DNA of 64,000 nucleotides, from NCBI RefSeq assembly GCF_964194025.1, contig NC_134471.1:56234001-56298000 (forward strand). Direction: 5' to 3'. The notes below the pieces were generated by a model. The model had not been told where the DNA came from. It did not search any database and saw only the letters and a list, made by a program, of their open reading frames with translations. Below are positions 13,230-27,329 of this stretch, in pieces (the first letter of the stretch is position 1; each line of letters begins with the position of its first letter). A program made the translations under genes and the position numbers. This DNA is from Convolutriloba macropyga. Lineage: Eukaryota.

Positions 13230-16200
13230 AATTGGAATGAATGATCATTTTATTTGTCATGCAGTGATTCACTCCATGACAAAAAGTCAATTAAACAAGA
13301 AATTTAACTTGCTTTATTTGAATATGCGAAAGACACGTACCTGTTTAACAAAAGCTCAGCTTAGTAAAGTGTATAAAAGTAACTTTATATGTTAAATCAC
13401 ACAAACTGATTTCTCGTAACTGCTCGAATTTGCTATTTTCTGCTTGGTAAATTCAGTGCAGTAGTGACGTAACTACACTCAGACTTCTAAGCACTAAATC
13501 GAGCAGTTTGCTGTTGGAGGCTTACCTTGAAACTGCTTGTGTTCATTCGTAAAGAGTAACACATTCTTTCGTAAACTGCTTACGCCCAATAAGCAAGAGC
13601 AAGTTGTAACGCAAGCAAACGTTTCAAAAGCATTGAACATAGTTTGAATGTCGAAGTTCAAATTTAAACCTCAGACAAAATCAGATGAAATGTTACTTAA
13701 GGGGAAATGCTTTGACATTCAAATGACCTCATTGATGCTTTAAGGTTTCCAAAGTCTCGACTATATCAACTCTAAGAGACAGATCATATTGTAAAGTTTA
13801 AACACAATTGAACGTTTTCAAACGGTTAGAGGCCGAAGCTGAAAACTAAATCGGAGAAGGACTGAGATGAAATTGAATATCGATGAAATGAAACTCGAAA
13901 ACAAATGACACTCAAAAGGTCACATTGCTGCTCAATTGTATGTCTGGAGTTTTCAAAGGTTCTGCTGCGTTTCAAATTAAAGCTATGTATGGGTTATATA
14001 CATATTTGATTTTTAAGACCACGCACTACGAAAAGTATTAAATTTGGGTCAAGAGGAAAAAAGATAAGCAAATATTGGTTTGCTGGAGAGCGCAACTAAG
14101 ACGTAGATTGCGCAAGATCAGAAAATGTCACAAATTATCAGTCTTGTAAACTGATCAGTCTGCTCATTCTTTTCTTTGGATAAAAGACAATGAAGTTCAA
14201 CAATATCAGTTCACAAGACTGCAACTTGGTGCCTTATGTTGCGCATCTACGTCTTAATCAACTGCTTTGAGAAAAAGGCAAACAAAGAGTCCATAGCAGT
14301 CAGAGCCGTTAAAGATTGCTTTTATCTGGATGACTACATCCACTCACTTAAAACTATTACGAACGCTTCAAAACAATGTCCAGCGGGTTATTAAGCCTAA
14401 ACGAAGGCGGATTTTGCCTAGCAAGGTTTGCCTCTAATAAACCCGAATTTCACAAAACAACCGAGTAACGTGGGGCGAATTGCTCTCAAACGACCGACGA
14501 TCGGTTGGCTTCGGAATTAGCCAGCTTGGGATTAGGAATGCAGGCAATAGGGGGTGTGACCAGTGTGTGTGTGTGTGTGTGAGGTGGGAAGATTTTTTGC
14601 GGGGGGTGGGTCAAGCAATGGGGGGGGGTAGAATTGCGAAGGGGGAAGGCTAGATGAGAGGGAGTTCATATCGACAGGTGGAGCAGGGTGTACAATAGGA
14701 GCATTGAGAGGGAGTAATAGGATGGGCGACTGATGGCGGGGGATGTGGTGACTGAGGGCGTCAAACTTTTAAGATTAAGAACTTCCCTTCTCACCTTGAA
14801 AATTCAAAATTCAGACGAAAAATCGGTCGAGCGAAAAATCGCAAAAAAACCACATGACTAATAAAACTGCTACAATCTTCGTTTGTGAGCAATTAAAAAC
14901 ATACACTCGAAGAGAACAGTAAAACAGAAAATGAACTTTTGTTTTTTTTCTTTATTGAAGCATAAGAGAACTGATCAGCTACTTACTGCCGGCACGCTTG
15001 TAACAGTTTATTCCGTTCCCGAGGACAAAAAGTTGAATGGGTCAGACGAAAAATGGGTGAAGCGAAAACTTGCATTAAAAAGACCACAACACTAATATAA
15101 TTGCTGAAAACTTCATTCGAGAGCAATTAAAAATACCGCTAGAAAACTTTTACCAAAGCAATGAAAATATCAAAGTCCTTGGACGAAAATGAAACCTGTC
15201 ATGTAACACATTCAATAAGAAATCTCTCACAATCTTTTCACTAAATCTGAGTATAGACAGAGCGCAACAGTACACAACTTAGGACATCAATCTCCAACGA
15301 AAAAACTTGATCAGATGTTCTCAAGAGAACCCATGTCATTTGACAAATTCATAAATGAAAACAGGCCTCAAGCCCTACTCTTAATGCAAACTACTGTCAT
15401 TCAACCCGATGCTCGACAAACCGGTATACTTGAATTGGAACACTTGACCCCAGAACATTTTACCCCAGAAAAACCATAATTAACCCAATTATCCTGCATG
15501 CAAAGCATATGATCAAGCGCTTCTACTTAGAGCGTTCTTACGGCTTTTGCATTCATAAGGTAACAAAACATTTAAGAGCGTTTGTTCAGCAATGATATCA
15601 CTTAGTTTGTTTGCTTAAACTTCTACTCGGCAATAACTTTTGCTGCTTCTTCAGCCAATGATTTGACGTTGGATACACACATTTGATCATGGCTCATCTT
15701 CCAGCTTTTAATTTCCCAACAGACTCAAACAAATTCTTTTATACCAGTAGTTGTTTTTCATTTGAAAATTTAAAAAATACAAAAAAAAACAATTTTTTTA
15801 AATACTTATTCAACAAAAACACAAAGAAAACCTTGACTCGACAGCCGTAAACCTTCAAAATTCTTTCAGTTACAAACGCGACCTGGAAAATCAACGTGAC
15901 CTATGGACTCTTTTCGCAGTCTTTAGGAGCGCGTTGCAGACAGCGAAAATAGCGCTTCATATGATTCTAGGCTTACGACGGCTGCCACGTGACGTATTCC
16001 AAACAAAACTGTTAGAGAGCAAAGCCATCTTGAATTCCGACATCTCAAAAAGTGTCACTAATCTCCCAGAAAACGGGATGCCCCGCCCACCTAATTACTT
16101 TCTGATCAGTCCTCCAATTAACTCTCTGCCATCAGGAAAATTTGACAGATAAAATTCTGCCAGCTCACGACATGGAAAAATCTTCATCCTTTATGAACCA

Positions 16201-16530
16201 TTTCTGGAAGCGACTTGTCAAAGAGTACCTGCCAACACTACTCAAGAGATCTCAATGAAGTGAGACCAACCAGTAGCCTCTTAGAGCTAATCTTGTCTCG
16301 ATACAGAAGGATGACCCCTCAATGAAATTGGCCTCTTGGGCTTGTGTTGGACCAGATGGACACTAGCGTGTGCTCACTATAAAATCGGCTCACGGTACGT
16401 TCGCTGGTCCTATTTCCTCTTTCATACGCGCTTTGGCTAGCCCGTTTTTCATTTCCACTTCAGCCGTCAAGTCAAATTTTACATTAAGGTTTTTTGGAAC
16501 AACTCATTGTTGATAAAGGGGGAGTCTTTA
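13230..16530 (+). mobile_element. Decayed BEL/Pao LTR retrotransposon, interrupted by family-A elements at about 14457-15132
   Basis: Frameshifted remnants DQSAHSFLW, CFYLDDYIHS (RT), GGFCLARFASN, KVLG, and the integrase C-terminus WPLG..PDGH*RVLTIKSAHGT. Polypurine tract AAAGGGGGAG at about 16515, with a possible LTR to about 17070. Confidence 0.75.
14457..15132 (-). mobile_element. Family-A Helentron-like element with a duplicated hairpin terminus
   Basis: AATTGCTCTCAAACGA at 14478-14493, G-rich tract with (GT)n, and two termini TTCGTTTGTGAGCAATT (about 14878-14894) and TTCATTCGAGAGCAATT (about 15112-15128). Confidence 0.7.
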
Positions 16531-17347
16531 TGATGCTCTTGTGAGAATGCTTCTATACATATCAAACAATAATTTCTGTCAAATATCAAACAATTTTTAA
16601 TTAGCAGAAATGTTTAGCAAGTTTTGTGGCCCCGTTTTTCCCTAGAGTTTGTTGCGGATAAAGTTTCAAGCCCATGAAACGTCAGATGTCGAGGCATGTA
16701 AATCTTAACTTACGTCCTTAGAAAAGTTGAATTTGGTTACCCGCAAGTACCTAACCTTAAAAAAACTAACAGCAATCTTTGTTGACGAATGAACCCTTCG
16801 ACAGTAAAATTTGTTTCTCTTTATATATGAAACAAGTAATTGCTTACCCCGACCTGGTTCGAACGCAATTTTCGATGTAAAAAGGGAAGTGGGTTTCACA
16901 TAAAAAGTCACTTGAGGTTTACATACTGCGCATTCAGATAATATTTCAAATCCAGTTTTCGGTGAACAATTGATTGTCAAAAGTGGGATTTTTTTTGCGC
17001 GTTAAAGCATATTTTTATCAAATAAGTGATCGTTCACCATAAGTTTTCTCTAGTCTGGTTTCAGCACCTCGCTGATTTTACACTTGGTTCTTAAAATTGA
17101 ATAGAAAACAGGAAAAAAATTAATTGAAATGGGATAGAATTTGTCAAATTATACAAATCACTATTTAATTAATACCTTGCATCTCTATATTGAATTAAGT
17201 TCAATGGGAAAAATTGGGATCTATTCCATTGATCGTTGCGGATTTATTTGTGACACTTGATTGTTTTGGCTCTTGAAGATGAGGAAACAATTTTCAAATC
17301 AATCTCTATTTCTCAAAAGAACCAAGTTCGTAGTTTGATATTCATAT

Positions 17348-17495
17348 CTAGTAGAGCGCTTTTGTGGCCGTTCCGTAAACGTGTGGTCGAATGGCAAGGG
17401 CAATCAGATCGTTCACGCCGAATTCTATCATCTCTCTTCTCGCATTCACATTGTCAGCCCCGAATATCTGTTCAATGTCACGCAGCTGTGTGCGT
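17348..17495 (-). CDS. METTL7A: METTL7/TMT1-like copy B, exon 5 (last coding exon)
   Basis: ttcag acceptor; (R)RTQLRDIEQIFG...LAIRPHVYGTATKALY*. The C-terminus matches the METTL7 pattern PHIYGxAxK. Phase is consistent with exon 4. Confidence 0.88.
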
Positions 17496-17931
17496 CTGAA
17501 CAAAATAAAACATTCAAAGACGATTTAAGTACTTAATCGGTGTCAGTGTTGCTGATTAAAATGAATTATGCAAAATTTACGGATAAGTACTATTAGTGAC
17601 AATATATTTCCAAGTCTGTTATTGCACTAGAACTTGCAAATAAGTCTAATATAAACATTTTTTTTTTGCTTACATAGATGTTACCTCAAAAATGCGCTAG
17701 CCTAAAAAAAATCCATTCCTTTAATTACACCCCATTCCCCGCTTAGTTTGCATTATAATTGCTTCCACGTTATTTATTTCTAGCGCGCCACGTTCTATTT
17801 TAACATAATAATTAACAATTGCACGTATTCGCACAACGGGGGCGTATAAAGTACAAGATGAGGTTGAGGGGGGATTGATGGAAAAAATTCCACAATTTTA
17901 TATTTGAAATGAAAACTCTGAAGATTAATAC

Positions 17932-18059
17932 CTGTTGTGACAATAGAAGAGGCTGATGAGGAGAGGGAATGCTGCGAATTGGAACATGTGCTGTTTGAGA
18001 CTCCCATTGAACTCTTTTGTGTGCTCGAAGAAATAGTACTTGCCTCCCGGAATCAACAC
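17932..18059 (-). CDS. METTL7A: METTL7/TMT1-like copy B, exon 4
   Basis: acag/VLIPGGKYYFFEHTKEFNGSLKQHMFQ...FYCHNR/gtatt. Matches the class I methyltransferase pattern VLxPGGxxxFxEH. Confidence 0.9.
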
Positions 18060-18367
18060 CTGTGTGCACACATATCATGCCCATAGAAAGTAAGAAGACA
18101 AGAAATTGACTGAGAAAAATGATTAGCACATAAACACATTGTCTTTTATCAGTACTTCAAACGCCGCGCAACTAAAACTTAGTGTACTGAAATCTTTCAA
18201 ACAAGTTGTTATAAAACAAAGACAAAGAATCTATTTTTATTTATCTTACGTCAGCATTAGGATGTAAGGAGTTTGCTCATCGTTTTCGTGAAATTTTTAC
18301 ACAATGAGGTAATGAAATGCTCGAATGATTTTTCTCATAAATGATTCTTTCCGTTACTCATTTTAAG

Positions 18368-21300
18368 AACAAACAAGGAGGCTCGGTAATGTGCGTTCGC
18401 ACATAATGTTCCGACACCACTCATCTACATTTTTCACTTAATTGTCTACCAATTGAGGAAGAGAATTAAAAAATAACATATTGTTCAACAAACCACAAAA
18501 TGAACAAAACAATATACCTTAGAGCACTATCACCGAAAAGTCCTGTCATTAATATGACTACAGAAAAGACAGGGATAAAAATCAAATAATTATAAATATT
18601 AATTACGACCAAAACTCGTTGTCCATTTTCTTGAAACAATTAATTGCCAAACCAAAATGGCATCAGATAAAACCTATACTAAGAAAAACAAACCTGCACT
18701 TCATTGATAAAAAGTACGGGACTCTTCCTCAAAGCGACTTGATAACAGGTCGACAACAAAAGAGCAAAAGGGCAAAGTTTAAAAAACGTTAGCTTTTTTG
18801 AAAAAAAATAATGTCAAACTGATTTAAAAATTATGTATCAACTGAAAACATTGAGAGATCAGTTTATACCTCCATAGAAACTGACTGAGACATTTCATTA
18901 TCCAGGATATGTCATACGACAACAAAAAGAACGGCAGACAGGTAAAAAATAAAAAAAAAATCAAAAATTGCACGAAAGCGGTGTCCCTGCAAAATAAACA
19001 TTAAGCTGTTCACTAACAACTTTAATTTTTTAATGGCAACAGAACCGCCCGTTATTGTGATACTGTGAAAAAAAACCCGAAAAAATGTGCATGTATACTA
19101 ATTTGAAGACAACTCGTAGTTGTCTTCAAATTTTATGAAAATTCGTAGTACCGTGGTCAAAGACTATTTGAGAAAAATGAAACAGTAATGCAGATTAAAA
19201 TGTAGTTCACCAGATCATTTATGTGATTTGTCTATAGAGAAAATAATCTACAAATTAATAGAAATAAGATTGGCAAAGCTCAAAAATCTCTTGTCTTTTT
19301 TAAAAAGCAAATAGTTTTAAAAATCATAACAAACATAAGCTTTCAACTAAAAGAATAGACAGTTTATCTGCAAGGTTTTATAAAAAGAATTGCGCCTGTT
19401 ATTATTGAGACTAAGTCAGAAGACTAAAAAATAGCAAACTTAAGCAAAACTAAAAATTTTCAAACAACTTTACGAAATCACAGTGTTGAAGCCATTAAAG
19501 ATATAAGATATATTATAAGATAAATTATAAGATAATTATAAGATATTAACCTCGTCTCCACTGAACATCATAAAGGTGTTTAGCGAAAGGACTATCTCAA
19601 AATGACAGCAAAGAGAACCACAAACATTGAGCATTGACAAACAAAGTATCTAAAGCTCACAAAAATCTTCTGAAACTAATTGACTCAGCCCTAAAGACAT
19701 CAGTCAAAACGTTTAATGAAAGGAAAAATTATTGTTTGCTTCGAGAAAAAATTAACAAGATCTATTAATACTGCGGCTAAGTTACGAAAATGGAACAAAA
19801 CTGTAAAAAACGAAAAAGTTAAGAAAACGGGAAACAAAAGGGAAAAGTTGAAGAAAACTTGTACTTTTTAGAAAAAAATTAATTTGAAAGTCACTAGAAC
19901 AATTAGCTACATACCGGTATTAATAATTGAGCTCGTTTATATATCTATAGCTGGCCATTGAAATCTTTTATTACCCAATATATGACATACAAAAAAAACA
20001 AAAACGGTAAAAATAAAAAACTACTAAATTCTGCAAGAGAACGGTGTCTCAGCCCTTAAAACCATAAGCTACACAAGCAATAAAAATGTTTAATTGCGTA
20101 GTTTAAGCGCTTCTTTCAATTGGATTTCTTAGTATTGTGACAATTAACCAAAGAAACAAAAAAGAACCGCAAATATGGTCAACCCGTATTAACCCAAAAA
20201 ATTAACCCGTATTTACTGAGAATAAGCTTTAAAATGACAGAAATTAGATTAAAGATGAAAGAAATTCATAAAATCATTAAAATTTTCTTAAAACTATTAC
20301 ACTCAATGTCATAAGAGACAGTAAATAACAAACAAAAGCAATTTATAGTTTCAATACCCCTCTTGACGAAGCCATTTGGATGCCTGATCAGTTAGAATGG
20401 GCAATCAGACTGCAAAAAATAGCAATTGAAAGCAAGAAATGAATTCAAGTTAATTTTTCATTTCGTCGAAGCCATAAAAACCATTATGTTTTCTCTGAAC
20501 ACAAACTGTATCTACATCTGGCCTTATTTTCACGTAAAATGGGAGCTGTCATTACTTGAGCCGTAAACTGAAAATTTTGTCAGTAATTAACATTAAAAAA
20601 CAAGCACAATATTTTAAAAGGCAGCCCCCCCCCAAAAAAAATTCCGATTGTAAGAATCCATTATCATACTTATTCCTCATTTTGCCGTACGACCATAAAA
20701 TCGCTCAATTATTCCAAATTTTTGTGAATTAGATCAATTGTTAAGTCAAATATTTCAAAAATAAAAAAACAATGATGCATTTTATATAATTATTGAGTTA
20801 AATTTGCGGCAAACTTTTAATTCTAGAAGACTTTTATAGGGAACCCAATGTCAACTAGCTCTAATTTGGAGTTTGAAGAGTCTGTGTCAGCGGTTTCAAG
20901 CTCACTACCTCTGACAAGCTTCAACAGAGTGAACCAAGAAAAGCATATTTTATGCAATTTTTGATGAAAAAGATTCGAATTTTGAAAATTTTATCAAAAA
21001 TTTTGGCAGAGAAATTCTCAATCAAACAATTCAGCAAGGCTCTTCTATCCTTAACAAAAATAATAACAATGTACCGTTAAAAACATGAACATTTTTCTTT
21101 TTTATTTTATAAGCAAATTTGCGCAAAATTTTTGGCAAAGTTACGGAAGGTGATTATAAACTGTCGGATATTCACAAAACTTCAAGTCTCGATAACTCCC
21201 TGTAAAAAACAAACTCTGTAAAGAATCTTTTGAATTCTTTATTCTAGGGTTTACGTGCTTCCTAATGATACCACTCACAACTCTATACGATGATTACATC

Positions 21301-21375
21301 GATCGGTCAAAATTTACGGAACAAAAACAAGAAAAAACCCATTTGAGTATACTAAAGTGGGTCGGAACAATAAAG
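18368..21375 (-). mobile_element. Family-B Helentron/DINE-1-like element in intron 3 of METTL7 copy B
   Basis: AACAAGGAGGCTCGG, then a perfect hairpin ATGTGCG-tt-CGCACAT (18389-18404), then subTIR TAATGTTCCGACACC. Opposite subTIR GTGGGTCGGAACAAT at about 21357. Confidence 0.72.
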
Positions 21376-21961
21376 CCTACGAATAGGATAAAAATGAAAA
21401 TATATAAATTTCGGCTGGATAAGATCACTAGATTTGAAAGATAACTCTATAATTTGAAAGATTTGAAGGATAACCCTATAACAAGAGCAAATTCTTGCAT
21501 TAAAAAATTTATTTTCCAACAAATTTGTTATTATTGTCAAATTGTTATAATATAATATCATTTTGACACACTGGCTTATAATACAATTTATATATAATCT
21601 TTCTGACAAACTGGCTTATAATCTAGCATATTTGCAGCGACCTTTCATTTTCCCCGAGACTAGGATGTAGGTGCTTTCTAATGATACCACTTACAACTCT
21701 AAACGATGAAAATATCGATCGGCCAAAATTGACGGAACAAAAACGAGAAAAAACCCATTTGAAAATACAAAAGTGGGTCGGAACATTTAAGCCTAAAAAT
21801 AGGATATAAATAAAAGTATAAAAGTCAGCAGCTGGGAAAGATCACTAGACTTGAAAGATAACTCGATAATTTGAAAGATTTGAACGATAACCCTGAAATA
21901 AGAGCAAACGCTTGCAATAAAGAATTTATTTTTCAAATAATTTGTTATTATTGTCAAATTG

Positions 21962-22007
<46 letters not shown>

Positions 22008-25000
22008 TTTTTACGCAATGACTTATAATCTATCAACTTTGCAGCGACTTTTCATTTTCCCCGAGACTGAAAAAGGCCTGAATTTCTATTGTGAGCTTCA
22101 ATTAATTCATTAAAAATTTGCTGTTTTTAGGACCAATTTTGATTAACATTAAAAACAACCAGAGAAAAGAAAATGCTAGCGAAAGAAACTTAGAAACCTG
22201 TAAAATTCTATTTTCGTCGGAAAACCTTTGCACTGGTTATCTAAATCATCAACTGCTTTGCCAAAAAAGACTCTTATTTACCAGAAAAACTTATTTGGTT
22301 CCAAATGTTTCTGTAGTGATGCAAAATAGAGCATTGATTTTAACATTTTTTTCGAAATGACTCAGCCACTGACAGTATATTGATTGAAAGACTGATTTAT
22401 AAAGCGCTGAAGAAGAAACAAGCCAGCTCATATTCATTTTCATCTAAAAAAATTCCGCTAACTATAAATCTTTCAAATATTTTTATAATTCCGATAAAAT
22501 TTTTTCGCAGCTGCAACTGCAAATCCAATAAATGTTCTCTGAACTCTTAAACTAAACTGTTCTCGGTACAATATTCTCTAAACTAAATTCCTAAACTCAA
22601 ACCATATTCTTAAACTCGAAAAAATTTTGAACTAAAACTAAATTACCCATTAACTATTCTCAAGTTGGATATCTGCAAGCAATTTATAAGCAAGATAACT
22701 GAATTCTACGGGAAAACGTGATAAATTAACTTAGCAGTGTTAAACTTTGACATGAATGTTATTTATCTATAGAGAAACTAATCTACAATTAATAGAAATA
22801 AGATTGGCAAAGCTCAAAAATCCCTTGCCTTTTTTAAAAAACAAATATTTTTAAAAATCATAACAAACACAAGCTTTCAACTAAAAGAATAGAGAGTTTA
22901 TCTTGCATGGTTTTAGAAAAATAATTGCGCCTGTTATTATTGAGACTCAGTCATAAGACTAAAAAATAACAATTTTAAGCAAAACTAAAAATTTTCAAAC
23001 AACTTTACGAAACCACAGTGTTGAAGCCATTAAAGATATAAGATATATTATAGGATATATTATAAGATATTTATAATATATTAACCTCCAAAATTTTAAT
23101 CTTCACTTGCGACTCCACTGATCATCATAAAGGCGTTTAGTGAAAGGACTATCTCAAAATGACAGCGAAAAGAACCACAAACATTGAAAATTATCTAAAG
23201 CTCACAAAATTCTTCTGAAACTAATTGACTAAGCCCTAAAGACATCAGTCAAAACGCTTATTGAAAAGAAAAAATATTGTTTGGTTCGAGAAAAAATTAA
23301 AAAGATCTATTAATACTGCGGCTAAGTTACGAAAATGGTGCAAAACTGTAAAATACGAAAAAGTTAGGAAAACGGGAAACAAAGGGAAAAGTTTAAGAAA
23401 AGTTGTACTTTTTTGAAAAAAATTAATTTGAAAGTCACTAGAACAATTAGCTATATACCGGTATTAATAATTGAGTTCGTTTATATATCTATAGCTGGCC
23501 ATTGAAATCTTTTATTACCCAATATATGACATACAAAAAAAACAAAAACAAGGCAAAAATAAAAAAACTACCAAGTTTTAAAAGAGAACGGTGTCTCAAC
23601 CCTTAAAACCATAGGCTACACAAGCAATAAAAATGTTTAATTACGTAGATTAAGCGCTTCTTCCAATTGGATTTCTTAGTATTGTGACAATTAACCAAAG
23701 AAACAAAAACGAACCGCAAATATGGTCAACCCGTATTAACCGGAAAAATTAACCCGTATTTACTGAGAATAAGCTTAAAAATGACAGAAATGAGATTAAA
23801 CAAATGAAAAAATTTAAAAAATCATTAAAATTTTCTTAAAACTATTACACTCAATGTCATAAGAGACAGTAAATAACAAACAAAAGCAATTTATAGTTTC
23901 AATACCCCACTTGACAGAGCCATTTGGATGGCTGATCAATTAGAATGGGCAATCAGACTGCAAAAAATACCAATTGAAAGCAAGAAAAGAATTCAGTTAA
24001 TTTTTATTTCGTCAAAGCCATAAAAACCATTATGTTTTCTCTGAACACAAACTGTATCTACATCTGGCCTCATTTTGACGTAAAATGGGAGCTGTCATTA
24101 ATTGAGCCGTAAACTGAAAATTTTGTCAGTAATTAACATTAAAAAACAAGCACAATATTTTAAAAGGCAGCCCCAAATAAAAAAATTCCGATTGTAAGAA
24201 TCCATTATCATACTTATTCCTCATTTTGCCGTACGACCATAAAATCGCTCAATTATTCCAAATTTTTGTGAATTAGATCAATTGTTAAGTCAAATATTTC
24301 AAAAATAAAAAAACAATGATGCATTTTATATAATTATTGAGTTAAATTTGCGGCAAACTTTTAATTCTAGAAGACTTTTATAGGGAACCCAATGTCAACT
24401 AGCTCTAATTTGGAGTTTGAAGAGTCTGTGTCAGCGGTTTCAAGCTCTCTACCTCTGACAAGCTTCAACAGAGTGAACCAAGAAAAGCATATTTTATGCA
24501 ATTTTTGATGAAAAAGATTCGAATTTTGAAAATTTTATCAAAGATTTTGGCAGAGAAATTTTCAATCAAACGATTCAGCAAGGCTCTTCTATCCTTAACA
24601 AAAATAATAATACTGTACCAGTAAAATATGAACATTTTTCTTATTTATTTTATAAGCAAAATTGCGCAAAATTTTTGTCAAAGTTAAGGAAAAAGTTAAT
24701 ATAAACTGTCGAATATTCACAAATCTTCAAACCTCGATAACTCCCTGTAAAGAACGAACGTTGTAAAAAATCTTTTCAATTCCATATTCTAGGATGTACG
24801 TGCTTTCAAATGATACCACTCACAACTCTATACAATGATTACATGGGTCGGCCAAAAATGACGGAACAAAAACGAGAAAAAACCCATTTTGAGTATTCTA
24901 AAGTGGGTCGGAACAATTGAGCCAAAGAATAGGATATAAATAAAAGTATATAAAATTGCAGTTGGATAAGATCACTAGAATTCAAAGATATTTCTATAAT

Positions 25001-26403
25001 TTGAAAGATCTGAAGAATAACCCTGTAATAAGAGCAAATGCTTGCAATAAAGAATTGAAACTTTTCAAACAATTTGTTATTATTGTCAAATTGTTATAAT
25101 ATATTATCATTTTGACACACTGGCTCATAATACAATTTGTTATAATATATTATTATTTTGACACACTGGCCTATAATACAATTTGTTATAATATATTATC
25201 ATATTGACAAACTGGCTTATAATCTAGCAAATTTGCAGCGACCTCTCATTTTTTCCCAGACTAGGATGAACGTGCTTTCAAATGATACTACTCACAATTT
25301 TATACGATCAATATATCGATCGGCCAAAATTGACGGAACAAAAACGAGAAAAAACTTATTTGAGTATACTAATGTGGGTGGAAACAATTAAGCCTAAGAA
25401 CAGGATATAAATAAACGTATATAAATTTGCAGCTGGGAAAGATCACTAGATTTGAAAGATAACTCTATAATTTGAAAGATTTGAAGGATAACCCTGTAAC
25501 AAGAGCAAATGCTTGCAATAAAGAATATATTTTTCAAACAAATTGTTATTATTGTCAAATTGTTATAATATATTATCATTTTGACACTCTGGTTTATAAT
25601 ACAATTTGTTATAATATATTATCATTTTGACACACTGGCCTATAATCTATCAAATTTGCAGCAACTTTTCATTGTCTCCGAGACTGAAAAAGGCCAGAAA
25701 ATTTCTATTTAGAGCTTCAATTATTTCATTAAAAAATTGCTGTTTTAGGACCAATTTTGATTAACTTAAAAACAACCGTAGAAACCAAAATGCTAGCGAA
25801 AGTACTTAGAAACCTTTAAAATTTTATTTTTGTCGGAAAATCTTTTCACTGGTTATCTAAATCATCAACTGTTTTGCCAACAAAAAACTCTCATTTACCA
25901 GAAAAACTTATTTGGTTCCAAATGTTTCTGTAGTAATGCAAAATAGAACAATGATTTTAACATTTTTTTTCTAAAAGACTTAGCCACTGACAGTATATTG
26001 ATTGAAAAACTTATAAAACGCTGAAGAAGAAACAAGCGAACTCACACCATACATTTTCATTTAAAAAAGTTTGGCTAATTATAAAAAATCTAATAAAGTT
26101 TTTATAACTCCGATGAACTTTTTTTCGTTAGCTGCAACTGCAAATCCGATAAATGTTCTCTAAACTCCTAAACTAAACTCTTCTCGGTACAATATTCTCT
26201 AAACTAAATTCCTAAACTCGAACTAAATTCCTAAGCTCGAACTAAATTCCTAAACTCAAAATATTTTTAAACAAAAACTATATTACCCATTCACTTTTCT
26301 CCAGTTGAAAATCTTCAAGCAATTGATAAGCAAGATAACTGAATTCTACGCAAAAACGTGATTCAATAACCCAGCAGTGTTAAAATTTTACACGAACGTT
26401 ATT
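19231..26403. repeat. Tandem duplication of about 3.55 kb (19231-22765 vs 22766-26403); each unit contains two sub-units of about 420-470 bp carrying the family-B terminus
   Basis: Colinear high-identity sequence (for example 20641-20990 vs 24184-24530). GGGTCGGAACA-like termini at about 21358, 21776, 24904 and 25376. Confidence 0.9.
21967..22004. repeat. (AT)n microsatellite
   Basis: Perfect AT run; the sister units read ataatatattatc at this position. Confidence 0.95.
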
Positions 26404-26764
26404 AATCAATTTTAAAAAATGAATTATTTTTGAAAATGCAAATATAAGCTTTCAAAAATTTAAACTGTCCTACAAAAACATTTAAACTGTGTCTTGAAGT
26501 TAGAGTTACGCCGCTATGAACAAGTATTCTTCCACAGCCAAAAGTGTGATTTAAACATTGAACAAGAGAATTATATAAGATGAAAAAATTGTTTTATTTT
26601 GATATTTCGCAGAGTTTCTCGGGATCGACATACTTAGCCGAAATTGATCACGCATGTGTCCTACAAATCCACAGAGAAGCTACAAAATTTCTTTAATACA
26701 AAAGAAGCCATGTAATCATTAACGACACGTAACCAGTGAGCCATAAAAAATGAAATGCACTTAC

Positions 26765-26976
26765 TCTATGTATCTCTCGGAATGCTTTGATGCAGTCTTT
26801 GAAGCTGCAAGTGACGAGAGTGGTCACAATGGCGGAGACAGAACTGGTTGGGATCTGGGAGAGATCCTCGGCAGATGCTATGACATAACCTTTGAAATCC
26901 AGACCCAGAGACGTGCACTTTTCTCTCAGCTGGTCTTTCCCAAAGTCATGCAAGTCAGATCCCACGAAAGTGATTC
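26765..26976 (-). CDS. METTL7A: METTL7/TMT1-like copy B, exon 3
   Basis: atag/(G)ITFVGSDLHDFGKDQLREKC...SAIVTTLVTCSFKDCIKAFREIHR/gtaag; 212 nt. Confidence 0.9.
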
Positions 26977-27329
26977 CTATATTAATTAAGCTACTATATT
27001 ACTGCTACGTACAGTAAAATTGCATGCGTGGTCTATCGATCATGGCCATTTTGTAAGATTTGAAGTTTTGCGCGAGTTAGAGAAGATCTTGTACCAAAAG
27101 ACAAATTCTTGCAATATTCTTGCCATACTTTTGTAAATCATAAGAAAATCGGTTTTGGAAAAAGCTCTTGTAATATATGGAGCAATCGCAAAATAATGAC
27201 GCATTTTGAGATAACATTATTTGTGTGAAATTATAAAATTGCCTCGTCGGTTGTTTTTGCGTTCAAAATGCAAGGAAATCATTGCTAAGCGTGAAAAAAA
27301 ACGAATATACAAGAACGGAATATCCTTTT

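Noticed and set aside
21352-25579. Recurrent ORFs with IFQIIELSFKSSDL
   Set aside because: They recur because of the tandem DNA units; starts and stops differ and no domain is recognisable.
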